From Eledone cirrhosa (Eukaryota), in the NCBI GenBank assembly GCA_964016885.1, contig OZ024743.1, positions 360,902,001 to 360,966,000 on the forward strand: a DNA stretch of 64,000 nucleotides, given 5' to 3'. The notes under the pieces were generated by a model. The model was given only the letters and a program-made list of their open reading frames with translations, was not told where the DNA came from and did not search any database. The position numbers were made by a program, and so were the translations under genes. Shown piece after piece: positions 52,301-64,000 of this stretch. How positions within the stretch are numbered: the stretch's first letter is position 1; each line of letters opens with the position of its first letter.

Positions 52301-53419
52301 CAGCTTCCAGTAACCCGGTCCTAACCTACGCGTTTTATTTAGGTCGACCGTACAGATCACAAATGTGTGATCTGAATAGGCGACCGTTTTAAAAAGTGGG
52401 CGGCCCACACTATTTCTATCTATTTTCCTAATGAAGATCCTGTCTATATACGATCTAGATGACCCCATTCGGTTGGTCCATGTCCATACTGGCACATTGG
52501 GGAAATCTAGTCGATAATTGTCAGACAATTGGAACTGGCTGAGTAGGTTGTTGAGGCTTTTGCACCCCCCGCTCCTATCGACTACCCCCACACAATCCCA
52601 GCGTGCGTCTAAGATGCCATTCCAGTCCCCCGCTAACATGAAAGGGCGAGACGTACCCAGAAAGGTATCCAGGCGCCTAAAGAAGTAACGTCGTCCGGCC
52701 CCTGTAGGGGCGTAGACGGCCAGCAGTCTAAAGGCACCACCTTCGCTACTGCTCTCATCCAAGATCACCAACTTACCGTCCGGGTCCCGGAAGATCGACC
52801 TTACCTCGAGATCCAGTCCTTTCCTAAACAGCACTACCACCCCCACCCCCCATTCCCGGCCTGCTAACAGATGCGAAGATCTGATAGTCGTCGAAAATGG
52901 GGGCTAGTGCGCGCGTGTCGGAAATTCTGGTCTCGCTTACGGCAATCACGTCCATTTCCAGCGACCGGAGGTCGTTGAACAGGCGACCCTGCTTCCAGGG
53001 TGACCCCAGGCCGCGAACATTTAAACTTCCTAATCTTAATATGGCCATATTGGTAAGCTAAGAGAGAGAGAGGGAAGGTTTACTTACCTCCCGGGTCTTG
53101 TGAAAGTCGGGTGGTTCGACCTCCATGGTTGGTGGGGGTTTTTTTGGGAACCCCTTTAAAAGTCTTGATGTGGGTTTCACATTCGGGGTTCCCACGTCTT
53201 GAGGAAAGCTCTCTCGAATTTCTGTGAAGGAATTGAGTGACATTCGGACCAGAAGCAAATCTTCTGGCACGCAAAATGTGTTCATTTAAAAAATCTCCCC
53301 CTCTGTTTGAATGTCCTCGCTTCGCACTAAGACGGCCATCAGTTTATCGTTGGCCCTTCTGACAAGCACGTAGTTTTTAACATTTTGTTGGTGTGGTTTT
53401 ATTTGTTTTCGTTTTGGTG
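49390..53419 (-). mobile_element. Tx1/L1-clade LINE, subfamily B, 5'-truncated in ORF1; ORF2 53048-49668 frameshifted
   Basis: 628-aa ORF 50960-52846 with APE and RT; reverse complement of 39225-42568 and 20071-21395. The 5' junction abuts aataataat. Confidence 0.93.
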
Positions 53420-53429
53420 AAGAATAATA

Positions 53430-54965
53430 ATCGTAATATAACAGTTCAGCATTTGCGTTTGGCTCTTAGAAAAGCCAGCAAATGGAAATCCCCAGGATAA
53501 AACAAAATACCAAATATTTGGATAAATGCCTTCACAGAGTCTCATGAGCTGTTAGCCCAACTTTACAATGAAATAGTTAAGGAGCCAGAAAAGATACCAT
53601 CATGGCTAGTTAATGGCATTGCAATCCAGCTTCCGAAGAATGACGAGACAAAGAATCCCAAAAATTACAGACCGATAACTTGCTTGAACACAATGTATAA
53701 CATTTTAACATCAGTCCTAACTGAATATACATATGACCACCTGATAACAAATGACCAATTTCCCAATGAGTAGAAAGGGTATAAACGAGGCTCATATGGC
53801 TGTAAGGATCAGCTTTTGGTTAACAAAATGATACTGGAAGATTGTCATAATAGACACAAAAATCTATCAATTGCTTGGATAGATTATAAAAAAAGCATTC
53901 GATAGTTTGCACACAGTTGGATTAAAAAATGTTTAGAGATTTTCAAAATATCTTCCGTTGTCACGAGGTTCTTGTCATTCAGTATGAAGACATGGAAAAC
54001 GACACTCCTTTTGAATAGTGACAAAAAATCACTGGAAGCTGGAGAAGTTAATATTAATTGTGGAATTTTTTAGGGTGACTGTTTATCACCGCTTTTATTC
54101 TGCATCGCACTTATACCATTAAGTAAAATGCTCAATGAAACAAAACATAGATATAAAGTCTATGACAAAACCATTAATCACTTGTTCTACATGGATGACC
54201 TGAAACTATTTGCAAAAAATGATGAACAATTGCAAGGGCTATTATCCACTGTGGAGCAGTTAAGTGTGGACATTAAAATGGAGTTTGGACTAGATAAATG
54301 CGCCAAAGTAACGTTCACCAGAGGAAAGCTGCTGAAAAGTTCAGACATTAATCTTGATCGAGGGAATGTGATAAGAGAACTTGATCAAGAGGACACTTAC
54401 AAATATCTAGGTGTTTGTGAAGGTGACGGAATCAAGCACTCGACAATGAGGGAAAGGATAAGGAAGGAATGTTACCGCAGAGTAAGAGCAATCTTAAGAA
54501 CGGAATTGAATGCATGGAATAGGATCGATGCCATAAACACGCTCGCCATACCAGTAGTAACTTACAGTTACAATGTCATCAACTGGTCAAGCACAGAGAT
54601 CCGTAGGCTCGATACAAAAATAAAAAAATGTTAACCATGCACAGAATGCATCACGCTAAGGCAGATACAGATAGAATATATCTCCCTAGGAAAGAAGGAG
54701 GACGTGGGTTAATCCAGTTAGATATTGCGTTGAAAACTGCAACGATTGGATTATCTACATATCCAAGGGAATCACATGATTGGATGATCAAACTCGTTTT
54801 GAAGCACGAAAGTATCAAAAGATCATACTCCATTACAAAAGATGCACAAAGATACAGTAATGGACTACACATTTCAGAAGTTCAATTTACTGCTGAAATG
54901 GAAAACACAGAAAAAAGCAAAGCAGGTAAAAGTAACTGCAAAGAAAGAACTGCTACAGAAACTGG
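53430..54965 (+). mobile_element. R4/Dong family B, RT region (degenerate)
   Basis: [61 protein letters not shown] and RKEGGRGL; homologous to 19200-20040. Confidence 0.9.
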
Positions 54966-55480
54966 CTATCCCCCAGATAGAACAGTCAGTTCAGGTATTT
55001 CTCAAAATTGTCCATAGTCCCTGAGTAGAAAGTTCTCCGGAACAGACTGGTTAGTAATTCCTGTCGATTCCTGTCCATTCTACGGAAATTGAAAGGACAG
55101 ATGTTCCGATCTGGTGAAGCTGAAACCGGTGCAATATCGACGGTCATGTCGTAATATATATTGGAGACGAAGTACGGGTTTGCTATCGCTGCCCTACCTT
55201 TCAAGGATAGCTCCCGCTCGGCCTATTTCAAGGTGAAACCGATCATCAGGCTTCTCGTCACATAGTCCCAATTTCTATCCACTCTGAAGTCCAAAAAACC
55301 TGACCCTGATCATGTTAGCAGTCTACTTGTCCAGTGCTCTAAAATGATATAGAACAGTATGGTCTTCTCTCTCGAAGTACCGAACTACAAATCCACCAAC
55401 TTGTCAGTGTTAATGTTTGCTCCCATAATTGATTGCTTCATATCACCACTAGCGCATTTGGGAAATCTAGTCGGTACCTG
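54966..55480 (-). mobile_element. Old, decayed Tx1-like ORF2 fragment
   Basis: ELLTSLFRRTFYSGTMDNFEKYL matches LTSLYWRTFEPGTMDNFQKSL in the younger copies. Confidence 0.55.
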
Positions 55481-56799
55481 TCGGACATTTGGAAAGTCCT
55501 GATCATGCCTCTGAGTCTTTCCCACTTCTCTCTTGATGAGCTACTTAAACACAATCACTTTGCCCGTCTGAGATGCCATTACAAATAACTACAAAGATGC
55601 CGCTCCATCTCACATACCAGGCCATTCTCAAAGTCGTCAAATATTGGCCTCGGTGCGGAATGTGGAAATCCTGGTCCCGGTTGAAATCGTTGAGCAAAAC
55701 AGCTTGCTTACAGAATGATGAAAAGCAATATGCAAAGTACAACCTTCTCTTAAAATTGCCATGCTGGTCGGAGAATTAAGGAGAAAAGAGACATGTTGGA
55801 TGATTATTCTCCTAGTTCAGTAGAACTCCATATATGTATGCAGTTCCTTTGGAAACCATTTAAACGCCTACTGATATTTTTGTTTTTATTAGTGGTCCAA
55901 AAGCGGTAAGCTATTGCTCATAATTTTATATATCTCAACACATATTTTCACATTTTCTAGAGATTGTGGCTTCTTGCAAATGCTGGTGCCCCAAATCCTC
56001 CAGGTCCATCTGACTGCGTGACGTGAGAGAAGGTGGCTTGGCATAAAGCGATGTTGGTCTAGTAGCTGAGAATCCTTATCCAACACTGGAATCTAAGGAG
56101 GCCTTTATTTTCATCCCATGTGTGCAGGATGCTATCTACCATGGTGTGCACAAGCAATGCCTGCGAGTGCAAGTAGACATTCAATTAGGGCCTTTGTTGA
56201 TCTCTTCGTGTGGGCTCTGGAAACTAATCAGGCGAACAACAATTTGAAACACAGCTGCACATCGATCCTGGGCACTGACACCCATCTCCGCATATATAAT
56301 GATTGATACATTCGGCCCGAAACTATATAAATTGCAGGTTGCTTGGTTTATGATAACAAAAAAACGCTAATGGCGTGTTAAACAAAACTGGTTTTAATAT
56401 GTTTTCTTCATAAATGAAAGCTTGATTATTTATATAGAGCAAATTTCACCCAGGAGCAGGTAATGATTGTTCTGCTTTTCATCATATTTAATACCCTTTC
56501 AACTCTAATTAGGCACATTTTCACGCAATGTAAACAAATATTTAAATTATCATCAATATTCCGTTTATTAATAAGAACCAATGCTATGTTTTATCAAGTT
56601 ATGCTACTTTAATAATTACAGTATTGTTAAACAGGTGTTGTACATTTATCTCTTGTTTGTATTTTCTTCTTTTAATCATCAATTAATATTTCAAACCCAT
56701 CGACATAACTATAGCAAAGTGAAGTCAATGTTCACTAATATTGATAGAGCTACCATTACTGGTATTAACATATCGGTTTATTTGGGATGATGCCAATAT

Positions 56800-58720
56800 T
56801 GTTTTCTTTTTTCGTTAACTGCCCTCTTCATACGTAACCACATAATAATATTTTCCTGACACGCACTGAATATTATACATGACAATAGTAAATGCATATT
56901 TCTTGTGCGTTAGTAGACACCCATATATCCAGTAGAGTTGCGTTCATTGTGCACTATTGAAACTCATTAACGATACTAAGTATAATCAATATTAGAATTT
57001 AAATACACGTCTTGAAATGATTTCGTTGGAAGATTATTTCACACAGATGTGTGTCTCTCTCTCTCTAGACAAAAGCATGAAGCTATTATTTTTAATCGGA
57101 AGTATTTTGATTGACTGCAGCCTGAAAGATTATTTGAACCTATTTTATCTATTTATATGTCACACTAGCAAGCGATAAAATCAGCTATTCATTGGATTTG
57201 AAGTTAGATATAGTGGCGTGTAATTAAAGACTGGAAGACAGGTATTCTAAATATCTACTTCACATAAGACATAATGATGTTCCGAATGTAATGACCTTTA
57301 CATTTACCTGAAGGCCAACATTTTATAATACATGGATAACGAAGAATTAATTGGGTACCATTTCTAACGATCCCCTTACTTTACACCATTCAACTATTTT
57401 GAAAAACAAAACAAAAATAAAATAACAACAAATATTTATTTTCCAGTGTTTCTCCATTTTAATGTTGCATCTTTTTTGAATTCAACATGAGTGACGAACG
57501 CGCAACATGTAAGTATTCCAGTCTAATATAACAAACACACAAGATACACGTGATACATTAGTATGTAATAGGTCACCCCATCATTATAACTATACGCAGT
57601 AGTTACTCTTTCAAACAGTCATGTATATTTTATATTTAATTTAGCCACATTCTAAATATAAATATAAAACATCCTATACTCTAATATCGAACTAAATTCA
57701 TATTCATAAATAAATGTCTCAATATAGAATGGATGACAATTATGCGAATAGGCTTGTGCGTATTTTATTAAATATATCTCCTTCAAGTGCGTACAATCCC
57801 ATAAGTTACGATTTATTTGCTCAATGGCCTAGATACACATCTTCATAGTTTTTCAATAAATATACAATATTGTTGACTCTTTCTAATGAATAAAACAAAT
57901 AAATTTCCGGTGTCCTAAACAATGACAGTCATGATGTTTTATTCCACTGTCGATCATAACTATTATGTTATCACTTTACTTTCTCATGATTGCAAGCAAT
58001 ATATAATTATATGTTATTTGTACTCTGCCAAATATAGATATATTTCAAAAGCGGGAAATGTTAAAGTTGCGTTACAACATATAGTATAGGGTACAATTAG
58101 GTTCAAAGCCAGTACTATTATCATTGGGATTTCCACTAGACGTTCAAACCAGCACCAATTATTTATTTAACCATTAGGGTGGCTTGAAGTTATCCGTTTA
58201 TATGTCATTCGTAAACAGAAGTTGTACCTGCTAAATGTCAGAGAATCTTAATACGATATAATTTGGATATGGAACATTTGTTGAAATCTTTTAGAATACT
58301 AAACCTTATAAACACACATAAACAATGTTGCAATTAGCAAAGTATGGCGCACATATACACGAATGAGAACATATCCAGATAGTTTTTTTGAATAACACCA
58401 AGGCAAGGACTTCATATATCATACCAAAACGCCCTCTAATGTCATAAATTACGCACATTTAATACAATGCTACGAAGTCTAGGGATGTATTTCAGAACCA
58501 GAAAATACTTCCCCTTTGATCAATTAATGGTTGAAGCATAAGTATATAGATGCGTTGGCCATGACAAGTTTAATACTCGTTGTGTGAGTGTGAAGATACA
58601 ACCTGCTCAGTGAACGAGGATATCTTCCTCCCACGTAATTCGTTGGCACAATAAACGAGTCATAAGCATGCCTTTTACTTCCCATATTTTATAGCAAATT
58701 ATATATGTTAGTAAAATTTT
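56800..58720 (+). mobile_element. Ancient Helitron Rep/PIF1-helicase relic
   Basis: Frameshifted motifs in order: LHLPEGQH, CKQYIII..ALQHI, GSKPVLLS/DFH*T (cf. FGGK.VLL.GDFRQ), LK.S..QKLYLLNVR and EDIFLPR..MPFT. Confidence 0.45.
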
Positions 58721-58799
58721 GCTTAAAAGTTACTATATATGTCTCTGCGTTTATCTTTAATTTTTACAATGCATAACAATTCAGAGTAGATATGACTGT

Positions 58800-59142
58800 G
58801 ACCTTTGAAGAGAGTTTTAAAGAAATAGGGCGAAAGTAACACCCGACCGAATATATTCCTCCTGCAGCACTTATCCTCCGCCTCCGAGTCACAGCCGACA
58901 GGATGCCCAATACATTTCCCCAGAGGGAGGTGAGGGAGACACGCTGAACAGCCACTCAACCTCACGGGGCTCGCATCTGCGTGAGGGTAGCTTCGCTCTG
59001 ATAGCAGTGCGTAGGTCCGGAGGCCAAGAACGCTGGATATCTCCACTGCTACAGGCTATGTCACAAACCTATCACAGAGCAGCTGATACTTGGACAGTTT
59101 GCCCTCTTCGGCTTGGCGGGCAGCAGAGCCTATGCTGGCTGA
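58800..59142 (-). mobile_element. CRE-type RLE non-LTR element, 3' fragment
   Basis: GSAARQAEEGKLSKYQLL..PVAVEISSVLG..EPREVEWLF/QRVSL..GNVLGIL. Confidence 0.65.
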
Positions 59143-59984
59143 TATCAACATTACTTTAATTGTAATTAATAAACCATAGGATAATTTACATGAAATCGCT
59201 TTAATATATGTTTATGGTCAAATATCAGTTTAGATAAGAGTAACAGTTTAATCTAAGTGCAAGGGCTGATATTGCTGATGTTTAAATCTCGATGTTTTCC
59301 TAAGCTAGTTAACACCTTAAACTAACGTTTAATGTCACTATAAAATGTACTAACTGTAATATTTATACTAGTAGATTAATCATTTCTAAAATTTCCGCAA
59401 AATAACTTGCCAAGATTTTGAAACCCAAGTCATTTGGTCATTTCCTCTTTAGATGGAATCATTGATAGCTTTTAAAGATTTAGCGAATTTTAGATCGAAT
59501 CTTAATTGGAAGAAATACGAGCCGCGTTTCAGATGGAATTGGGTTTTGCATAAAAGAATAAGTATATATTCTTTTTTGTTTGTATCTAAACTATAATACA
59601 GTAAGGAGTGCGGGACTGCATCCATAATACATTTTTTTTTTCCCGTTTGTAAAATAAGTTCGACTACTTGAATAAAGAATGAATCAGTATTACATAATTT
59701 ATGTACTAAATTTCGTAACTAAATTTTGTATTTATAAATAATTTAAAATTGACTTCTTTTCAAAGTTATATATCGTCGCCACCACCACCACTTCAACTAC
59801 CATATATATAAAAAGAGAGAGTTTGTGATGAGAGAGATAGAGTGATTATGACTTTTTCCACGCTGAAGCGTATGATTGTGCACATACATACATCTATATG
59901 TATGAGTATATAACTATTATGAGTATATAACTATAATCGAGCAAACACAAACTTATAAAAAGACACCCTCATGGGCATACATTC

Positions 59985-60272
59985 AGATAAATACACATAC
60001 TTTCACACATATATATTTACACAAACACACACATACAGTCATGATAGCGTTCGGTAAATTGGAAATGCCAGGGTAAAACAAGTATAACGTTTGATTTATT
60101 TATTAACAACACAGTTTAACTCTTTTTTTTTTAAACTCATTTGTAAAAAAATTTAATATAATGATTACAGAACGAAAACACAAACAAATATAATATATAT
60201 GCTGTAGCTTTCACCCTTACCGCTGCATCAAGGATGTGGGAAGAAGCAAGAGTCACTAACTGTGACGTCCCA
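59985..60272 (-). mobile_element. Internally deleted duplicate of the adjacent CRE-type 3' end
   Basis: 59985-60200 repeats 60320-60503, and 60200-60272 repeats about 60805-60869. Confidence 0.7.
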
Positions 60273-60319
60273 TTCACACACATACACATACTTTCCCACA
60301 AACACATACATTCACACAT

Positions 60320-61000
60320 TCACACATATACATTTACACAAACACACACATACAGTCATGATAGCGTTCGGTGAATTGGAAATGGAAGGGTAAAACAAAT
60401 ATAACGTTTATAACAGTTTAACTCTTTTTTTTTTTAAAACTCATTTATATAAAAATTTAATATAATGATTACAGAACGAAAACACTAACAAATATAATAT
60501 ATACAAAGGAAAGGGAAAGGGGAAAAAAGAAAGAGAAAAATACACAAGCACGTAATGTTAGACCCCATAGAACAATATGCAGTGGAAAGAATGGAAAAAC
60601 GAGCTGCTACCAGATCAAAAGATAGCAATATAGCGAGCTCACGAGCATTACCAGTTACCTCTCTTTGGCGAGCCGCCAGTGAAGATAAGAACCTCGCTGT
60701 CAGTAGCCCGACTCCCCCAAACGTCTCGAACGCCACAGGCTGGATAATGTAGTTAGCTGACAGAACACGGTATTTTAGGATTTTGTTCCGTTCAGCTGCG
60801 GAAGCTGTAGCTTACCGCTGCATGCAGGATGTAGGAAGAAGCAAAAGAGTCACTAACTGTGATGTCCCAGGTAAGCCACCTGCCTCTTGACCAGGACCAC
60901 AGAGTAAGACCGTCACGTTTTTTCCCATCAATTCTGGACAACCCAGACAGTTCCAAAGTTGAGGGGATGTTTGCCCTGGTCAAAGCTCTTGAGTGGTAAT
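60320..61000 (-). mobile_element. CRE-type RLE non-LTR element, 3' end with (TG)/(CA)-rich tail
   Basis: RALTRANIPSTLELSGLSRIDGKKRDGLTLWSWSRGRWLTWDITVSDSFA and PVAFETFGGVG..FL..LAARQREVTGNARE. Confidence 0.8.
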
Positions 61001-61144
61001 AGGAGTCTGTGTATGTGCACACGCGAGTTTGTCGGTGTTCTTAAATTATAGACGTGTGTGTGTGTGTCACTGTCTTTAAGTTAGAGACATATATGTGTGT
61101 ATCCCTTTCCTTCCTTTTTACACACACATACACTCACCCAAACA

Positions 61145-61262
61145 CATTGCGTGATGGACCGGTGGACAGAAGTCCCCCAACTTTATATACATGTGAATGG
61201 AGTTCTACTGAAGCAGTTAGAGAAGTTCAAATATCTTGGAGCCGGTTTTTCTGCTAGTTTTA
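61145..61262 (+). mobile_element. Short RTE-like RT fragment
   Basis: LYIHVNGVLLKQLEKFKYLG. Confidence 0.55.
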
Positions 61263-63407
61263 TTAATGATGTCGATGAGGATAATGATAAAACAACGTTT
61301 TCGATTTTCCTCATTTTAGACTCACTGCAACTAAGATACAAGGATGGTAAGGCGAGGCTAATGCGGTTAATGTGTTCTGATTTTAGTATCTAATGAAAGA
61401 AAACTTACAGCAGGAAAGAATGAAATCACGCGGCATAGGTATAATATAGAGAATATAGTATTAGGCGTGGTATTAGGTTAGTAAGAGGAAACCAATGGAA
61501 AGAGAATCTCAGATTCCATCAAAGGAATCGGTTTGTATACAAGAATCCCCTTCCGTAAGACACCTATTCTTGTTTCATACGAGAGGGAAGGAGAGGAGAG
61601 GGTACATATTACATGCTCTGAAATGTCAAAATATTGTAGGTTTCAAAGCTGACTGGCTTTCATCTCTAACTCAGTTATCTATGAGCAGATGTCTCAGCAA
61701 TCCTTCGGTATATTTAGGAAATATATTTGTTTTTGCTAGAAGCAAAATTTCTCCCAAACCACAGTAAAAAATAAAAACAGGATTGTGCTATTTCTGAAAA
61801 CATTAGATAGGATGCTCATGGAATATCTTTGATTGCGGGAATATTTCGTTTGGGATAACCTAAACCAAAACGAAAACTCTAGCAAATTGATAGGAGAGCT
61901 TCAATATTTCACTGAAACTATTACGAATAGCATACAACTAAAGTATCCACAAATCACATAGTGGTGCCTCATACAAGGAAATACGACATAAGATATATTA
62001 CAATACGGCATTGTCACGGTGGCAATGACTTTGATGGTGGGCTGACCTGTGTCACGCCACCCACCCCCCAACAAAAAAATAAACAGAGAGTTGATACGAA
62101 TTAATCGTACAAATGTGTATATTTATGGGATTAATTCTCTGTGATTATCGATTATATATGAATAAAGTTCATAACAGGAAATTTTCTTTTATATTCATCT
62201 TCAACACTTTCTAACTTACATTGATGATAAACAACAGCAACAAAAACAACGCAATAAACTAATAACTAGCAATAATTGGCAATGTCCACGGAAAGATATG
62301 TTTGTTATTTTGATTAGTTTGTTTGCTTAGTCAAAAATAACATATTGGAAAATCAAAATAGAGAGAAAGAGTAGACGAGATAGATAAAGAAATGCATACA
62401 AAGATCAGCAGAACTATGAATAGCTAGATATGTTGATTGTCTGGTAGTTATGCATGTAAGTTAATAAATCGGCAGTGCATGAGTGTGTGGGAGAGACACA
62501 GTGAGAGAAATGATAATAGAAATACAGTAACGGTGCAAGGGCCGTGTTGTTGGTCGATAGGAACGGATTATTAAATATCAATTAGAATAAGGTTACAGCA
62601 ATTAAGAAAAAAACACATAGATATACGCAATGAATATCTCTCTCCCTCTCTCTCTATCTATCTCTCTCTTTTTTTCTTAGTTGTGCGCTAGCAGCCGAAG
62701 TATGTGATGAAGTTATATCGGTATATATACAGAATAGAAATAAGTAAGCCTGAGTAAATGTGTATATATATTTAAACATATTTAGTACATAGATATGTAA
62801 ACATTCCAAATATCCATTATACTCTGTAAATTGAAAACCAACTGGTACTTACACATAACCAGTATTCAAAACTGGTCGAACATTCATTAGAATGAGTCTT
62901 TTTCGAATTACAGGGAAAAACGTATATTTTGTATGTTTACGATTTCCACTCTTCTGTACCAAATGTAATAGAAACTCCCACGTTAAAATCTTAATAATAG
63001 CTATGAATTTAAATGAGATATATTAGAGACAGCAATGTAGAGAGCAGTTCATAGATAATTACTTTCATCCTCGATAGTTATATGCCAATGTAATATTATG
63101 TGCCTTTGTTGTGTCATCGTGTATCCCAGTGTCTGTTCAACGTGCCACTCAGCGAACTGATGACGAACAATATAGTCTCATTCAAGCTGAGCATTAACCT
63201 CTCACAGTTTGAAGACCTTCCTGTGTGGTGAAAGCCAACATCCTACACGTGGTGCCCCTAATATGGCTATCATAGAATAGTCTAACAGTTAACGGAGAAA
63301 TGTGTGCGGGTGTGGCGAGCCCCATTTATTCTAGCCATTAGAAAAAAAGCAAAATAAATGCATCACCTCCGAAGGAGGGATGACTCAAGAAGGAGAAGTG
63401 TAATATA

Positions 63408-63591
63408 ATAATTGTTTCTACTTTTGGCACAAGGCCAGAAATTAACCAGTACATTACTGGTACTTTATTTTATCGACCCCGTAATGATGAAAGGCAAACT
63501 TGATCTCGGCGGGATTTGAACTCAGTCTGTAAATGGACGTAACTATGCTGGAAAGCATGGCGTTCGACTCTATCGGTACTACCAATCCACC
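63408..63591 (-). mobile_element. tRNA-derived SINE, copy 9, with TSD
   Basis: Reverse complement of the SINE; gaagtgtaatata is repeated at about 63395 and 63592. Confidence 0.88.
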
Positions 63592-63884
63592 GAAGTGTAA
63601 TATAATAATGTCTCAACGACGGACCTTTAGTAAGAACTACTAAGGTTTGGTTATATCATACTCCTGGGCTGCTTTTGAGAAAACTTTATAGCATCTACAC
63701 AATACACACTAGCGTATTATGTTGGAAACATGTTATTGCAGAATGTATTTCAGACTAAATGATTGTTGAATAACATGGTCACTTGGCTTACAAAAACAGA
63801 TAGCTATCTATACAATAACTACAAATATGTTCATTATCAAGTACTTGACGAGTCTCTATTGCTATATTTTAAATTTATTTAGGT

Positions 63885-63931
63885 ACATACTTACATACAT
63901 ACATGCATACACACACACAGACACACATACA

Positions 63932-64000
<69 letters not shown>
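63885..64000. repeat. (TACA)n/(CA)n/(TA)n microsatellite
   Basis: Read directly from the sequence. Confidence 0.95.

Noticed and set aside
55480-56330. Moderately GC-rich segment, possibly another decayed LINE RT
   Set aside because: No motif is clear enough to assign a family or strand.
62681-62742. Possible host exon (pyrimidine tract-AG ... GTAAGC), also a micro-exon at 2269-2297 (-)
   Set aside because: Splice-like signals alone, with no recognisable protein or partner exons.

Overview
AT-rich animal genomic DNA made almost entirely of transposable elements and microsatellites. The repeat types suggest a cephalopod or other mollusc (inference only). I found no host protein-coding gene, rRNA, tRNA or CRISPR that I can support. 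From left to right: (i) 1-11 kb is AT-rich, strand-skewed, decayed coding-like sequence interrupted by an RTE LINE relic. (ii) 12.5-15.6 kb holds a decayed Penelope-like element with a candidate hammerhead ribozyme. (iii) 15.7-17.2 kb is a 562-bp-unit tandem/fold-back repeat, followed by a Tc1 relic. (iv) 18.2-44.1 kb is a dense array in which Tx1/L1-clade LINEs (+), R4/Dong-type RLE LINEs (-) and a tRNA-derived SINE (+) abut at (ATT)n/(TAA)n tracts with fixed polarity. (v) 45.0-48.9 kb contains two head-to-tail Helitrons, the second with a fold-back around a 23-aa-repeat ORF. (vi) 49.4-55.5 kb has Tx1 (-) and Dong (+) in mirrored polarity. (vii) 56.8-64 kb has old Helitron, CRE-type, RTE and SINE relics. 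All LINE ORFs are disrupted. The most interesting signals are the apparently self-seeding (ATT)n-targeted retroelement community, a perfect AGGTAAGT (U1/5' splice site) motif kept 37-40 nt before ORF2 in every Tx1 copy that retains the junction, and a SINE 3' tail resembling the Tx1 3' end. Element boundaries were read by eye and are approximate.
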